Source of the DNA: Shigella phage ChubbyThor | Reading direction: 5' to 3' (one strand) | Sequence record: OL615013 | DNA: 64,000 bases | Shown here: positions 27,866-37,606 of the stretch, in pieces | How the letters are laid out: the number at the start of each line of letters is the position of its first letter | Position numbering within the stretch: position 1 is the stretch's first letter | Translations under genes and position numbers: made by a program | Notes under the pieces: model-generated | Told to the model about the DNA's origin: nothing | Seen by the model: the letters and a program-made list of their open reading frames with translations, nothing else | The model's database searches: none

Positions 27866-29917
27866 TCACCAAACATTCAGAAATAGTGCATGACCCATAC
27901 CACCGTTTGACTGAAGAGACCATTTTCCTGTTTCTCTTCCCAGGCGTTCTATGTTGTTGAGTTGGTTTATCGACAATTCAGAAGAGTCAAATAATACCAC
28001 ATCACGTTTTTTGGGTTCTCTCAAATAAGGTCCGAGATCAATATCAATCATCCGGTTTATAAATTCTACTACTTCGGCTTGTTTCTTTGGTAATGTGATA
28101 TCCGGATTGTTTGTCACTTTCTCCAAGCGTTTATTTTCTGCGCTTATCATGGATAGCATAATTTGTGTAACTTTGCCGTCAGACAAGTTGTAATCGTTCC
28201 AAATCACTTCACCTTTATCCGTGATGGTTATATCATTCAAGAAAACCTGGTTTGGGTTGTATGTCTGACTTTTCAACTGTTGGAGGTTTCTGGAAAGATA
28301 TTCCATTTTTGATGAGATTTCATTAATCACACTCTGGACCAAATCTTTGTTCAAAGGAAGTTCATATGTCTTCGGATTGTTCAGGGTACGCCCTTTCTGA
28401 GAGACAATTGGGGTGAATGCAACTTTGCCTTTGTCATGATAATAGGTTACGTTGGTTATCATAGAAGTACCGGCATATTTTCCCGTTTCGGGGAAATTGA
28501 TTCCAGACCAAGTGATGGACATGCCGTTCTCTGTTTCCCCGAACACTGATGCGTTTTTCGGGATTCGCAGGTCTTTGGAACTGATAGTTGGGCCAGAAGA
28601 ATACTTCTTATACAGGTCGTGGAACTGGGCGACAATCGCCTGCGCCGCACTTTTGAAGTCGCGGTATTTCAGATCTGCTGCTTTATCTACCAGTTTACCA
28701 TCTTTATAAACCAGGTAATCTGATTTGATGGTGGTGTCAGAAGGTTCCCAAGCAGCGCCAGTAGCACTGATCAAAATCTCACTGAACTTGGAAGACAGGA
28801 CGAAAACATGATCGTCTTTGCGGCGTATATTAGAATCAAGTTTGTTGATCTCAGCCCAAACTTTGTCCGCCTTCGCTTTCGCCACATAGTTGTTACGGGC
28901 TGTGGTAGAAAGACCTGGAGGAGGGATAATGTCATCACCCTGGATACTGGTTGCCCCCACCCCAAATTCGACGTATGCGATGATCTTACCACCAGACTTC
29001 AGTTCCCAACCCATACCCTGACGGTCAGACGCTGCCATCAGTTTGCGGTCCACTTCACCACGACCAACATACTCTTTGTTGAACACAGTTACCTGGGCGA
29101 TGGTTTGGGTGCGGGCAATCTTCGCCATTGCGCCGTCTTTGACCATGATGGCCAGATCATTGGAACTCAGAGTCACGTCGTTGGCACCGACTACCTTCAC
29201 AACAGAACTGAAGATACCGTTGGATTTTGCCATGACGGAGATGTTCCAGTCGGGGTTGTTTGACGAAGTCCCCACATCAGGGGTGTTGTTCTGAACCGGA
29301 ACGTCACCGACCTTGTCCGGGTCATCCCAGGTGATACCCTGCATCTTCGGACCGTCGAATACCTGAGCCGGATCTTTACCCTTACGAACGAGCCACACAT
29401 AACCACGGTCAGGGACAGGCGCGTAGGTCAGGTCCATCACGTTCAGCTTCTGCTTCAGGCCGGACTGGCGGATGATCTTAGGAATCAGGGTCATCCCGCG
29501 TTCCAGCGCTTTCTTAGAGAAGTTGACAGCATAACCATCGATGGTCTTGCCCAGAGGGGTCGCCAGGAACTGCTTGGTCGCTTCGATCATGGAGGCGATG
29601 ACGCGCATTGGGTTCTTGAAGCGAGCGATGGCATCAGGATAAACAGAGCCGCGCTTCTGGCCGATGAAGACCTGACGAACGTTCTTGCCCAGCCCCTGAG
29701 GGGTATAGAACTGAATGCGGTATTCCTTTTCATCTTCGTCGATGAAGGTGAAGAACACATCGCCTGCGTTCTTCTTGCCCATGGTCAGCTCATACGGAGC
29801 AGAGTTGAACGCTTCGTCCAACTGATCCTTTTCCTGCATGAACTGAAGGAAATTTGGCTTTGACATTTTGTATCTCCTGATGGAATTATGGCGGTTTCTT
29901 CTAATTAGCGAAACCAA
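27866..29917 (-). CDS. large hypothetical protein (about 666 aa from internal start MSKPNFLQF)
   Basis: ORF track 683 aa; no recognisable catalytic motif. Confidence 0.5.
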   Translation of the reverse strand: MVSLIRRNRHNSIRRYKMSKPNFLQFMQEKDQLDEAFNSAPYELTMGKKNAGDVFFTFIDEDEKEYRIQFYTPQGLGKNVRQVFIGQKRGSVYPDAIARFKNPMRVIASMIEATKQFLATPLGKTIDGYAVNFSKKALERGMTLIPKIIRQSGLKQKLNVMDLTYAPVPDRGYVWLVRKGKDPAQVFDGPKMQGITWDDPDKVGDVPVQNNTPDVGTSSNNPDWNISVMAKSNGIFSSVVKVVGANDVTLSSNDLAIMVKDGAMAKIARTQTIAQVTVFNKEYVGRGEVDRKLMAASDRQGMGWELKSGGKIIAYVEFGVGATSIQGDDIIPPPGLSTTARNNYVAKAKADKVWAEINKLDSNIRRKDDHVFVLSSKFSEILISATGAAWEPSDTTIKSDYLVYKDGKLVDKAADLKYRDFKSAAQAIVAQFHDLYKKYSSGPTISSKDLRIPKNASVFGETENGMSITWSGINFPETGKYAGTSMITNVTYYHDKGKVAFTPIVSQKGRTLNNPKTYELPLNKDLVQSVINEISSKMEYLSRNLQQLKSQTYNPNQVFLNDITITDKGEVIWNDYNLSDGKVTQIMLSMISAENKRLEKVTNNPDITLPKKQAEVVEFINRMIDIDLGPYLREPKKRDVVLFDSSELSINQLNNIERLGRETGKWSLQSNGGMGHALFLNVW

Positions 29918-29943
29918 AAGAGAGCCGAAGCTCTCTTGTCAGA

Positions 29944-30315
29944 TCATGCCCAGGTGGATTTACTTACGGAAAGGTAGTGATCTTTAGACTCGATCAGTTC
30001 TTTACCGGATTTGACGATGGCGTCCATGGAGTAGAATCCAATCTGGAACCCATCTTTCAGGAAGATCGTGTGGTGCATGTGGTCAACTGGCAAACCATTC
30101 ACTGGGGAATTTTTGAAATTCCAACCTTCAGCCAGGAATTTTGCGTGGACCGCTTTCATCGTAGCGTCGCGATCACCGTTTGTCATGATACCCATTTCAA
30201 CGTTGTCTGCCAAACCACGGTCAACAATCTGACCTTCGAGGGTTACAACGCCGAAGCCAAGGGATTCAAGGATAGACATTTCTGGTTTGGTGAAATCTGT
30301 TTTGATCGCGTTCAT
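29944..30315 (-). CDS. hypothetical protein
   Basis: ORF track 29944..30336; first 7 codons are the conserved leader (TTGAAACGAAGGAACTATATC), true start ATG ~30315. Confidence 0.5.
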   Translation of the reverse strand: MNAIKTDFTKPEMSILESLGFGVVTLEGQIVDRGLADNVEMGIMTNGDRDATMKAVHAKFLAEGWNFKNSPVNGLPVDHMHHTIFLKDGFQIGFYSMDAIVKSGKELIESKDHYLSVSKSTWA

Positions 30316-30389
30316 GATATAGTTCCTTCGTTTCAAGTTGGTGTCGTACTGCTTATGGAATGAAGTATAGGGAAGGATATTGAAGAAGT

Positions 30390-30410
30390 AAAGGGGCGAA
30401 AGCCCCTTTT
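30390..30410 (-). terminator. intercistronic hairpin/terminator (AGGGGCgaaaGCCCCT with flanking A/T runs)
   Basis: Between stop at 30423 and conserved leader of next gene. Confidence 0.5.
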
Positions 30411-30422
30411 ATTGAATTATTT

Positions 30423-31061
30423 TTACGGCGTTGGGTTCACCACAGGAATATGGAATCTGATCCCGGCGATGATATCCTTCAGCTGAGGCTTCCAACCATC
30501 CACCAAACGGGGGAGAGCGATAGCACCAGGCTGAACTAAAATGATGTCGCTGCCTGTGATATTGTGCTGAGGGAACTGGGCAAGGTACTGCTCCATGGTG
30601 ACACCCTCATCAATCAGAACCGCACCGACGTCAGACGATGCGTAGGTTGCACCCAGACCGTCAACGCCCCACGCCAAGATGCCCCAGTCAGGGATGTTGG
30701 CTTCAGATGTGATGGTGAATCCAAACACGGTGTTCAGGGAGGTGAAGGAATAGACATCGTGAGTTATGTCATACACCAGATACCCCTTGGCCAGCATATC
30801 GGCAAAGATCGCGTCCGTATCTCCCGCCGCCGGAGTTGGCACAGAAAACAACAGCTCGCCCTCAGGAGGGGCAGGATACGTGCCGAGGGCATAGAGGCAC
30901 CATGCATCAATGCACTTCTTAATGAATGCCTCGGGTGCGACGTAATCGGCAAGGCGCACAGTCCCCGAGTACTCGGATACGATGATGCCTTCCTTCGCGC
31001 CCTGTAGAGCGATGAAGACCAAGATATGTTCATATCCGGTCTGAGATGGAGTGATGTTCAT
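30423..31061 (-). CDS. hypothetical protein
   Basis: ORF track 30423..31157; start at MNITPSQ (~31061) abutting upstream stop. Confidence 0.45.
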   Translation of the reverse strand: MNITPSQTGYEHILVFIALQGAKEGIIVSEYSGTVRLADYVAPEAFIKKCIDAWCLYALGTYPAPPEGELLFSVPTPAAGDTDAIFADMLAKGYLVYDITHDVYSFTSLNTVFGFTITSEANIPDWGILAWGVDGLGATYASSDVGAVLIDEGVTMEQYLAQFPQHNITGSDIILVQPGAIALPRLVDGWKPQLKDIIAGIRFHIPVVNPTP

Positions 31062-31675
31062 TATCTTGTCCTCTTCAGTTTCTCTATCGTGCGCTTGTTC
31101 ATGGCGATCACCCGAGGATCTACCTCGGAGATGGTCCGGCCTTTGAAGGACACACATTTCTGAAGATATTTAGCTTTCTTCACGACGTCAGCGGCATAAG
31201 CGTTCGATGCGGGATTACGGGCGAAGCCAGCATTGTAAGAGGAGAGGGATTTGCGTACATTCTGCTTGTGATATGTCAGCCAGAACTGCATCTCATCGAG
31301 GGCGGCTTGCGCGGCATATTCTTGGTCGGTCAACAACTTGATGGCGACATTGGCATAGCACTTGCGATTCTTACAACCTTCGCGATCACCAACTGTCTTC
31401 ACCTTGTTCTGAAAGGCTCCCATGTTGGCCGCCTTGAGACCGTAGCGCATTGACACTACATCTTCACCAGCACGGCTCTCTCGCCAAGATATGGCAGCCA
31501 GGGTGTAACCAAGATCTTGTGTCTTGCCTATGTGATAGGCAGTTGCCAGCGTATTAAGTTGTTGCTCGGAGAAATCATAAACACATTGACTTGTATTTTG
31601 GGAAGCGTGCACATTCCCGCTGGCAATGGTAAAGGTCACGGACAAGGCCATGGCCTTCAACGTTGTCATCGTCAT
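31061..31675 (-). CDS. secreted soluble lytic transglycosylase-like protein
   Basis: 204 aa; signal peptide MTMTTLKAMALSVTFTIASGNVHA; SLT motifs ISWRESRAG and SSYNAGFARN. Confidence 0.65.
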   Translation of the reverse strand: MTMTTLKAMALSVTFTIASGNVHASQNTSQCVYDFSEQQLNTLATAYHIGKTQDLGYTLAAISWRESRAGEDVVSMRYGLKAANMGAFQNKVKTVGDREGCKNRKCYANVAIKLLTDQEYAAQAALDEMQFWLTYHKQNVRKSLSSYNAGFARNPASNAYAADVVKKAKYLQKCVSFKGRTISEVDPRVIAMNKRTIEKLKRTR

Positions 31676-31774
31676 GATGGCGTTCCTTATGTGGATTGTC
31701 GACTTGCAGCTCGCTTGAGCCTCCTGACAGGGGTTAAAAGATAAAGGGCACGTGGTATTTAGTGCCCTTTGGCC

Positions 31775-32053
31775 TCATTCATAGATGAGGTGGTAGGATT
31801 CTTCGATGCACTCCAGCCAGCCGTAGACGAACTGTAGAGGGTCATCCCAGTCACACGCCTTGCCGATCGTGAACTGACCGTCTAGACAATCCCCGCGCTC
31901 GTAGAAGTTCACGGTGCCATCAATCGTGATAACGTTTCCAGTCTGCATCACTGTTTTGACACCAACCGCAACCTTGTGGTGTTTATGTTTCGCATTCCAG
32001 GTATCAGCAGCAATCTGGCCTGCCGAAAACAGTTCAACGTTGTCTTCTTTCAT
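31775..32053 (-). CDS. hypothetical protein
   Basis: ORF track 92 aa. Confidence 0.4.
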   Translation of the reverse strand: MKEDNVELFSAGQIAADTWNAKHKHHKVAVGVKTVMQTGNVITIDGTVNFYERGDCLDGQFTIGKACDWDDPLQFVYGWLECIEESYHLIYE

Positions 32054-32429
32054 ACGTTTGTCTCAGGTGTTCAGTAAAGGATTTACCCAGCTTGCGGAAT
32101 AGTTTAATACGACCAATGACTTTGACGTAAACATCTCCGTGGCAGGGGCGTGGCTTACACCAGCACCCCAATACCTTCCCGTCAAGCTCAAGGAGTTCAT
32201 CCTCGGTGATATCCCCTTCAATCAGGCGCACATACAGGTCTTCTTCAAACAGTTCGATGCAGACGCCTCGTCCATGGTCTTTGACCTCGAACGGGTTCCC
32301 CCATTTACCAGGCCGACCAATGTAGACGTCATATGGCTCCTTCTTGAAGTGGACGACTTTCATTTGAAGATCTCTACAGCGAACCCAATCGCGAAGTAGA
32401 GGGCGGCCACGCCGATAAGAGAGCAGCAC
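32034..32429 (-). CDS. conserved small protein with GKWGNPF and CWCxPxPCH motifs, function unknown (likely starts at internal MKVVHF)
   Basis: ORF track 131 aa; motif pattern typical of a widespread uncharacterised phage/bacterial domain. Confidence 0.4.
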   Translation of the reverse strand: MLLSYRRGRPLLRDWVRCRDLQMKVVHFKKEPYDVYIGRPGKWGNPFEVKDHGRGVCIELFEEDLYVRLIEGDITEDELLELDGKVLGCWCKPRPCHGDVYVKVIGRIKLFRKLGKSFTEHLRQTYERRQR

Positions 32430-32529
32430 ACCATCTCCCTGACTTTGGACTCCCTGCTCATCTCGTATACCCCCAGTAACGCGTCAAAGAACATGAAGAC
32501 ACTAATGGCCAACAACAGATGATCCCAGT

Positions 32530-32844
32530 TCATGACATATCCTCATGGTTAGACAGACTGATCAAGAAGGACAGATTCCGGTCATGTATGAGGTCAATGG
32601 CCTTGCGGCTGCCCACGGCATCACATGTCCAACAACTGTAATTCCCCGCGATCTTCAATGCTAATCTGACGACATGGCGTCTCATATTGTACTGAGCCAA
32701 CTGATATCGGGCACGTGTCTTCTTGCGCCAGCACTGATTCTCAGCAATGTATTTGTAGAGAATCATCAACCGGACGGCTTTGTACAGGCGCTTTTCAGCG
32801 CCCTTGGATTTCTTTGAAACACGGATCAGACTACCCATGATCAA
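32530..32844 (-). CDS. hypothetical basic protein
   Basis: ORF track 104 aa. Confidence 0.4.
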   Translation of the reverse strand: MIMGSLIRVSKKSKGAEKRLYKAVRLMILYKYIAENQCWRKKTRARYQLAQYNMRRHVVRLALKIAGNYSCWTCDAVGSRKAIDLIHDRNLSFLISLSNHEDMS

Positions 32845-35177
32845 TCCTTCTTGATAACTTCGGTCAGGCCGTTGCGCAGGCCATAGCGGATGTTGTGAGG
32901 GAAGTACTCTTGGAACTCCTGCTCACGCTGACTGATGACAAACAGGTTGTTCCCGCCGAACTTATGCTTCAGCATCTCAACCGATTCCTGCACCCCGCGC
33001 TCGCTCATGTTCTCAAGGATTTCGTCCAGGACAAACAGGTTACATTGCACCGATGCCTTGAGGTTAGCCACGTCACGCAGAGCTAATGTCACAGCCAGGT
33101 TCAGGCGGCTGCGCTGGCCAGTAGACAGGGAGAAGATGCTCTGTCCCTTGCGGCCTGCTGCGCTCATGGTGATCTCAAAGGTATCGTCAACAACGATGTC
33201 CAGGAACATGTTGAGGGCTTCAAGATACTCGTTGATCTTGCTATTGAGGAATGGCAAGTACAGGGCGATGATACGCGCCTTGGTCTGGTCATCCTTCAGG
33301 AAGAATAACAGGTGCTGTAGATCCTGGAGTTCCTCATCTGCATCTTCACGTAGTTCATACAGAGCCTCCAGTTCACCTTCCAACGCAGCGATAGAGTTCT
33401 CCAGGTCGGCGGTAGGCGTCGGCTGTACAGCCAATTTACGCTCCAGATCGGCAATGGACGCCACGAGAGGAGCACGACGGGCTTTCAGCTCGGCGATCTT
33501 ATCATCGACGGCTTTAATCCCGCTGACGGCATTCTCTCGCGTCTGTTGCAGCGACGCAGTGATATCTTCAAAACGAACGTTCAGCGCCTTGCGGATGTCA
33601 AGAATCTTCTGTTGGCATTCACGGTTCAGCGAATTACACTCAATCGTGGCCGCTTCATGGAAGCCCTGAATGTCACGGTGCAGCTGCTTGATGTTGTCAA
33701 CGATTTCGTCGGCCTGCTTGCGCATTGCATCCAGTTCGGCATCCAACACAGCAATGTCAGCAACCAGCTTGTCGTCCTGAGCCTTGTGACCATCAATCAG
33801 GGTTGTGACATCGGCAGTGACCTTATCCAGCTGATCCAACTTCGCCTGCAGTTCCTGTATCTGAGGGCTGTACTCGCTCTCAATGCGCGCTTTGGTATCG
33901 TCGGACACCAGCTGGGTGCATGTTGGGCAAGTCCCCATATCGTGGAAGCGCTTGATGGCCGCTTGATGACCATCCATTTCTGTTTGGAAACGGATACGGA
34001 AGTTCTCACCCTGTTGGCGGCGCTGGATAGCAGCGTTCAGGGTGTCCAGGTTGGCGTTGCGTTCGGTGAGCAGGGTGTTCTTGCTTTCGGCCACTGTAAA
34101 GGCACGGTCACGCAAGACCTGAAGATCATGCTCCGCAGTAGACACTTCGATGCGCTCATAATCATCGGCCTTTTCCTGAGCGGCATCCTTCACCGCCTGG
34201 ATCTTGGCTTCAAAGTCTTTCTTGACAGCCTCGATCTCCACCATGGATTCGTCATGAAGGCGGCTTTCCACCGTCTTCATTTCCTGAGTGGCTTCGAATT
34301 CCACGGCAGTGAGACGGGTTCGTTCTTCATTCTGGGCAGCGATGTCTGCATCCAGGGAATTCAGGGCTTCCTGTTGCTGTACAAGGATATCGGCCGACTG
34401 CTGTTGGATAAGGGCATTGGATTGCTCTATCTGCTGCAGCTGCGTCTTCTTGTTGGTGTGGTCAACAACCTTCAACGCACATTCATTCGCGATCGTGTCC
34501 AGCTTTTCGTTCGCTTTCTTGATGGATGCCTTGACATCTTCGTTCATCAGGCTGAAGAAGCCCAAGTCCCAGATAGTCTCCACCATGGCGCGGCGGTCGG
34601 CTGTGTACATCTCCGTGAACGGAATGAACTTCTCTTTGCCCAGCACCAGAGAGTTCTCAAACATCTTCTGGTCCACGCCGATGAGGTTCACGATGTACTT
34701 GTTCATGTCGGCTTTGGCTGCTTCGTTATCGATCTGCAACCACTTGCCGTCCACCATCTGGTAGACTTCAACAAAGTCAGGTTTAATGCCACGGCGAACC
34801 TTCCATTCGCTACCACGGCAGGCAAACTCCACCTCACCCACACATTCCTTGCGGCTCTGTGAGTTTACCAGGCCTGCCTTCTTCTCCTTCTTGCTGTACG
34901 TGTCGTTGTACAGTACGAAGAATAGCAACCACACCAGCATCGTGGATTTACCCGCGCCGTTATCGTCAGACGTGACGAGGGTAGCCGGGTTGCGCTGGTA
35001 ATCAATCTCCATGAACTGATTACCGATGGAGCGGAAGTTCTTTGCGCGGCCTTTGCGGAAGGTCAGTTTGTGCGTAATGTTGTCACGCACTTCAAATGGG
35101 ACTTCGACCTCAACCGGAGTGTCGGCTTCCTTCAAAAGATTGCCAAATTTGGCCAGGATATCTGTGCTCTGAGTCAT
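32841..35177 (-). CDS. 46: recombination endonuclease subunit gp46 (Rad50/SbcC-like ATPase)
   Basis: 778 aa; Walker A SDDNGAGKST, long coiled coil, zinc hook CPTC, C-terminal LSTGQRSRLNLAV...LFVLDEIL signature/Walker B. Confidence 0.85.
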   Translation of the reverse strand: MTQSTDILAKFGNLLKEADTPVEVEVPFEVRDNITHKLTFRKGRAKNFRSIGNQFMEIDYQRNPATLVTSDDNGAGKSTMLVWLLFFVLYNDTYSKKEKKAGLVNSQSRKECVGEVEFACRGSEWKVRRGIKPDFVEVYQMVDGKWLQIDNEAAKADMNKYIVNLIGVDQKMFENSLVLGKEKFIPFTEMYTADRRAMVETIWDLGFFSLMNEDVKASIKKANEKLDTIANECALKVVDHTNKKTQLQQIEQSNALIQQQSADILVQQQEALNSLDADIAAQNEERTRLTAVEFEATQEMKTVESRLHDESMVEIEAVKKDFEAKIQAVKDAAQEKADDYERIEVSTAEHDLQVLRDRAFTVAESKNTLLTERNANLDTLNAAIQRRQQGENFRIRFQTEMDGHQAAIKRFHDMGTCPTCTQLVSDDTKARIESEYSPQIQELQAKLDQLDKVTADVTTLIDGHKAQDDKLVADIAVLDAELDAMRKQADEIVDNIKQLHRDIQGFHEAATIECNSLNRECQQKILDIRKALNVRFEDITASLQQTRENAVSGIKAVDDKIAELKARRAPLVASIADLERKLAVQPTPTADLENSIAALEGELEALYELREDADEELQDLQHLLFFLKDDQTKARIIALYLPFLNSKINEYLEALNMFLDIVVDDTFEITMSAAGRKGQSIFSLSTGQRSRLNLAVTLALRDVANLKASVQCNLFVLDEILENMSERGVQESVEMLKHKFGGNNLFVISQREQEFQEYFPHNIRYGLRNGLTEVIKKD

Positions 35178-35178
35178 G

Positions 35179-36294
35179 TTATGCGTCCAGTTTGTTCAGG
35201 CGTTGTTGGGCAGCATTGTAGAAGTGCTCTGCCAGTTTACAGACGTTGTCAGGGCGCTGGATGTTGTTCCCGGCGCGGATATCCTTCTTCAGGACTTCCA
35301 CTGCATCGGTTGCCACCATCTCTTCGGTGACCTCAACCTTCTCAGCCGCCACGGTGATAGTCCGGTCGATGAAGTTGTAGTCAATGCACTTGCAGCGCTT
35401 CATGGCATCACAGAACTTTTCATAATGCTTAGCATTGTCGCGGTTCTGTACGATAACCTTAACGATCTGTCCTTCAATACCCAAGCCTGTGTTCAGCCAT
35501 TCCGGGTCGATCCAGTTACCCTCATCGTCTGAGGACAACTTGGTGTAGTCATACTCCACATAGCGGAACAACGTCTGGTGCTCGCTGTTGGGGATGAATA
35601 CCTCGCCGCCGCGCATATCGTCTACATAGAAACCACGGTTGGTGCCGTCTTTGTAGTCTTCCCAGTTCAGGTGATACGGAGTCCCAATATATTGAATGTT
35701 ACCTTCCATCGAACGGGTATGGAAATGTCCCGTGTCGACCCTGGTAAACTTGGAAAGCAGAGCAACGTCGATCTGACCGTGATCACAAGTAGAAGACTGG
35801 TACATTTTGAACCCTGCCAGCTCCAGATGCGCAAAACAGTACTCGGCGTCTGTATCTTGTATCGCTTTAATAGACGCATCATAGTTCTCCTTGTTGATCC
35901 AAGGCAGCAGCAGAGTCTTGACACCCTCGATCATCACTTCGGTCGGTTCGCTGTAGTAGCAGTACACATCTGGGTCGAGTTCGTTCAGGTAGGATGGCCA
36001 GTTGATGCGGTTGGACTCTTCCAGGGTGATGTCGTGGTTGCCAACAATGCCATTCCACTTGATGTCAGCCGCTTTCAGCGCTGGAGTTAATTCATCCTTC
36101 AGCCAGTCTTTGTCGCGCCCGTACATGAATTTTCGGACGTCAAACGTGTCACCCAATTGCCAGACCTCATGGATGTCCGAGTCGACAAGCTCGGGGATGA
36201 AATAGTTGATGAGGTAGTTCTTGATGAAGTCGCGAACGTAACGGGAACCATTACGGCTCCCGATATGCAGATCGCCTATTTTAGCAATCGCCAT
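35179..36294 (-). CDS. 47: recombination endonuclease subunit gp47 (Mre11/SbcD-like phosphoesterase)
   Basis: 371 aa; IGDLHIG, GDTFDV, GNHD metallophosphatase motifs. Confidence 0.85.
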   Translation of the reverse strand: MAIAKIGDLHIGSRNGSRYVRDFIKNYLINYFIPELVDSDIHEVWQLGDTFDVRKFMYGRDKDWLKDELTPALKAADIKWNGIVGNHDITLEESNRINWPSYLNELDPDVYCYYSEPTEVMIEGVKTLLLPWINKENYDASIKAIQDTDAEYCFAHLELAGFKMYQSSTCDHGQIDVALLSKFTRVDTGHFHTRSMEGNIQYIGTPYHLNWEDYKDGTNRGFYVDDMRGGEVFIPNSEHQTLFRYVEYDYTKLSSDDEGNWIDPEWLNTGLGIEGQIVKVIVQNRDNAKHYEKFCDAMKRCKCIDYNFIDRTITVAAEKVEVTEEMVATDAVEVLKKDIRAGNNIQRPDNVCKLAEHFYNAAQQRLNKLDA

Positions 36295-37022
36295 TATTCT
36301 GTTTCTCCTTCGGTTTCGTCCAAATCGAATTGGGTTTTGCCAAAGTCCTGATCTGAATTGTCTTCGGCCTGCGCTGTTACCGTATTCTTAGCCTGCGCCA
36401 TGTATTGAAGTATGCCTTTCGCAATCTTTTTATTCGATTCTGCGAGACGAGCCGCCTCCACCTTCTCTCGCTCCTTCTGCCTTTGAGCGTCCTTTTTGTT
36501 CTCAAAGTTACCGATACGTTCACGGAAGTCCATGCCAATCCCTGTCGCGTCAACAAAGATCTCTTGTTGGAAGTCGGGATCGTCTGCCAGGCCTGCGAAC
36601 CCACCCGCCTCTTCAAATGAGCGCAATTTGATGTACGTGTGTTCTTCTTCGATGTTCAGTTTACGAGCAAATGAGCGATCCGCACACATGGTCACCCAAG
36701 AGAAGAAGTTGATCTTCCCTTTCTTTCCAATGTGGTCGACGTCAAAGGTGTGGAGGTAACGCAGGATGTTGACGATTGCTTCAGAGACCATGTCTTCACG
36801 GAAGGGATAGTCGCGATAGTTGTAGCGGGTGCTCATCTTGGTGATGATGCGCTGGACCTGTAGAGCAACATAGTTGGGGATCTTTGGAAGCCTGGTGCCT
36901 TCAGCCAGAGCCTTCTTACGAGCAGGGATCCAATCACGAAGGATACTGATGACACGCTCGTTATCTTCGTCCGTGAAATATTTGACGACATTCTCGCCAC
37001 GATCAACATAATTCATACCCAT
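36294..37022 (-). CDS. 55: late transcription sigma factor gp55
   Basis: 242 aa; blocks VISILRDW, PNYVALQVQRIITKMSTRYNYRDY, NFFSWVTMCADRSFARK collinear with T4 gp55; acidic C-terminal extension. Confidence 0.7.
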   Translation of the reverse strand: MGMNYVDRGENVVKYFTDEDNERVISILRDWIPARKKALAEGTRLPKIPNYVALQVQRIITKMSTRYNYRDYPFREDMVSEAIVNILRYLHTFDVDHIGKKGKINFFSWVTMCADRSFARKLNIEEEHTYIKLRSFEEAGGFAGLADDPDFQQEIFVDATGIGMDFRERIGNFENKKDAQRQKEREKVEAARLAESNKKIAKGILQYMAQAKNTVTAQAEDNSDQDFGKTQFDLDETEGETE

Positions 37023-37033
37023 TGTGGGAACCC

Positions 37034-37561
37034 TCAGATACCGATAAATTCATCAAAAGATCCAACAACCTTCTTCACTGAGATCTTGTCATTCTCAATC
37101 AGGAAGTTGCTGTCGTTTTTGGCTGCTGTGGCCCAGTCATCGGCAAGTTCGTTACCTTCGTGCCCCGCATGACCCTTAACCCATTTTAGTTCAACTTCAC
37201 AAATTGAACAAACGAGATCATAGATTCTGAACAGATCTTTGATGAGTTCAACGTTCTTGTCTGGGAAGCCCTGATACTCCCACTTCGCTCGCCATTCGGT
37301 GACGCTCTTGATGGTGTATTGACTGTCAGACCAAATTGTTGCCTTTGGTATTCTGCGCTCACCCTTTCCTGAGAATGCCCACAGCAGCTTCAATGCGTTG
37401 GTCACACCCAACAACTCGGCGATGTTGTTGGTGGACGGGGGAGGTAGGTGACCGAAGAACACCTTCCATTGCATACCCGATATTGGCCTGATGACAAATG
37501 CCCATCCTGCGGCCTGGTTGGTCTTCGGGTTAGAACCCCCGTCAGAATAAATTTCTATCAT
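37034..37561 (-). CDS. rnh: RNase HI-type ribonuclease H
   Basis: ORF track 37034..37657; start MIEIYSDGG; catalytic blocks YSDGGS, NNIAEL, WSDSQY, KWVKGHAGHEGNELADDWA. Confidence 0.8.
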   Translation of the reverse strand: MIEIYSDGGSNPKTNQAAGWAFVIRPISGMQWKVFFGHLPPPSTNNIAELLGVTNALKLLWAFSGKGERRIPKATIWSDSQYTIKSVTEWRAKWEYQGFPDKNVELIKDLFRIYDLVCSICEVELKWVKGHAGHEGNELADDWATAAKNDSNFLIENDKISVKKVVGSFDEFIGI

Positions 37562-37563
37562 GA

Positions 37564-37571
37564 TATAAATA
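37564..37571 (+). promoter_or_regulatory. T4-type late promoter TATAAATA
   Basis: Exact octamer ~36 nt upstream of ATG 37607; lies in the divergent region next to the rnh start. Confidence 0.45.
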
Positions 37572-37606
37572 TCCCAAACTGGTTTTATAGAAAGAGGAAT
37601 GAAACT

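Noticed and set aside
27866-29917. 683-aa protein as an Alt-like packaged ADP-ribosyltransferase
   Set aside because: Size is similar to T4 Alt, but no ordered R/STS/ExE motif set was found; kept as hypothetical.
29944-30336. N-terminal extensions such as MKRRNYIM..., MKCRNYIM..., MKRTNYIM... at the start of several track ORFs
   Set aside because: These residues are the translation of the conserved leader (TTG AAA ... GGA ACT ATA TC) from an upstream TTG/GTG codon; the true start is the ATG that ends the motif.
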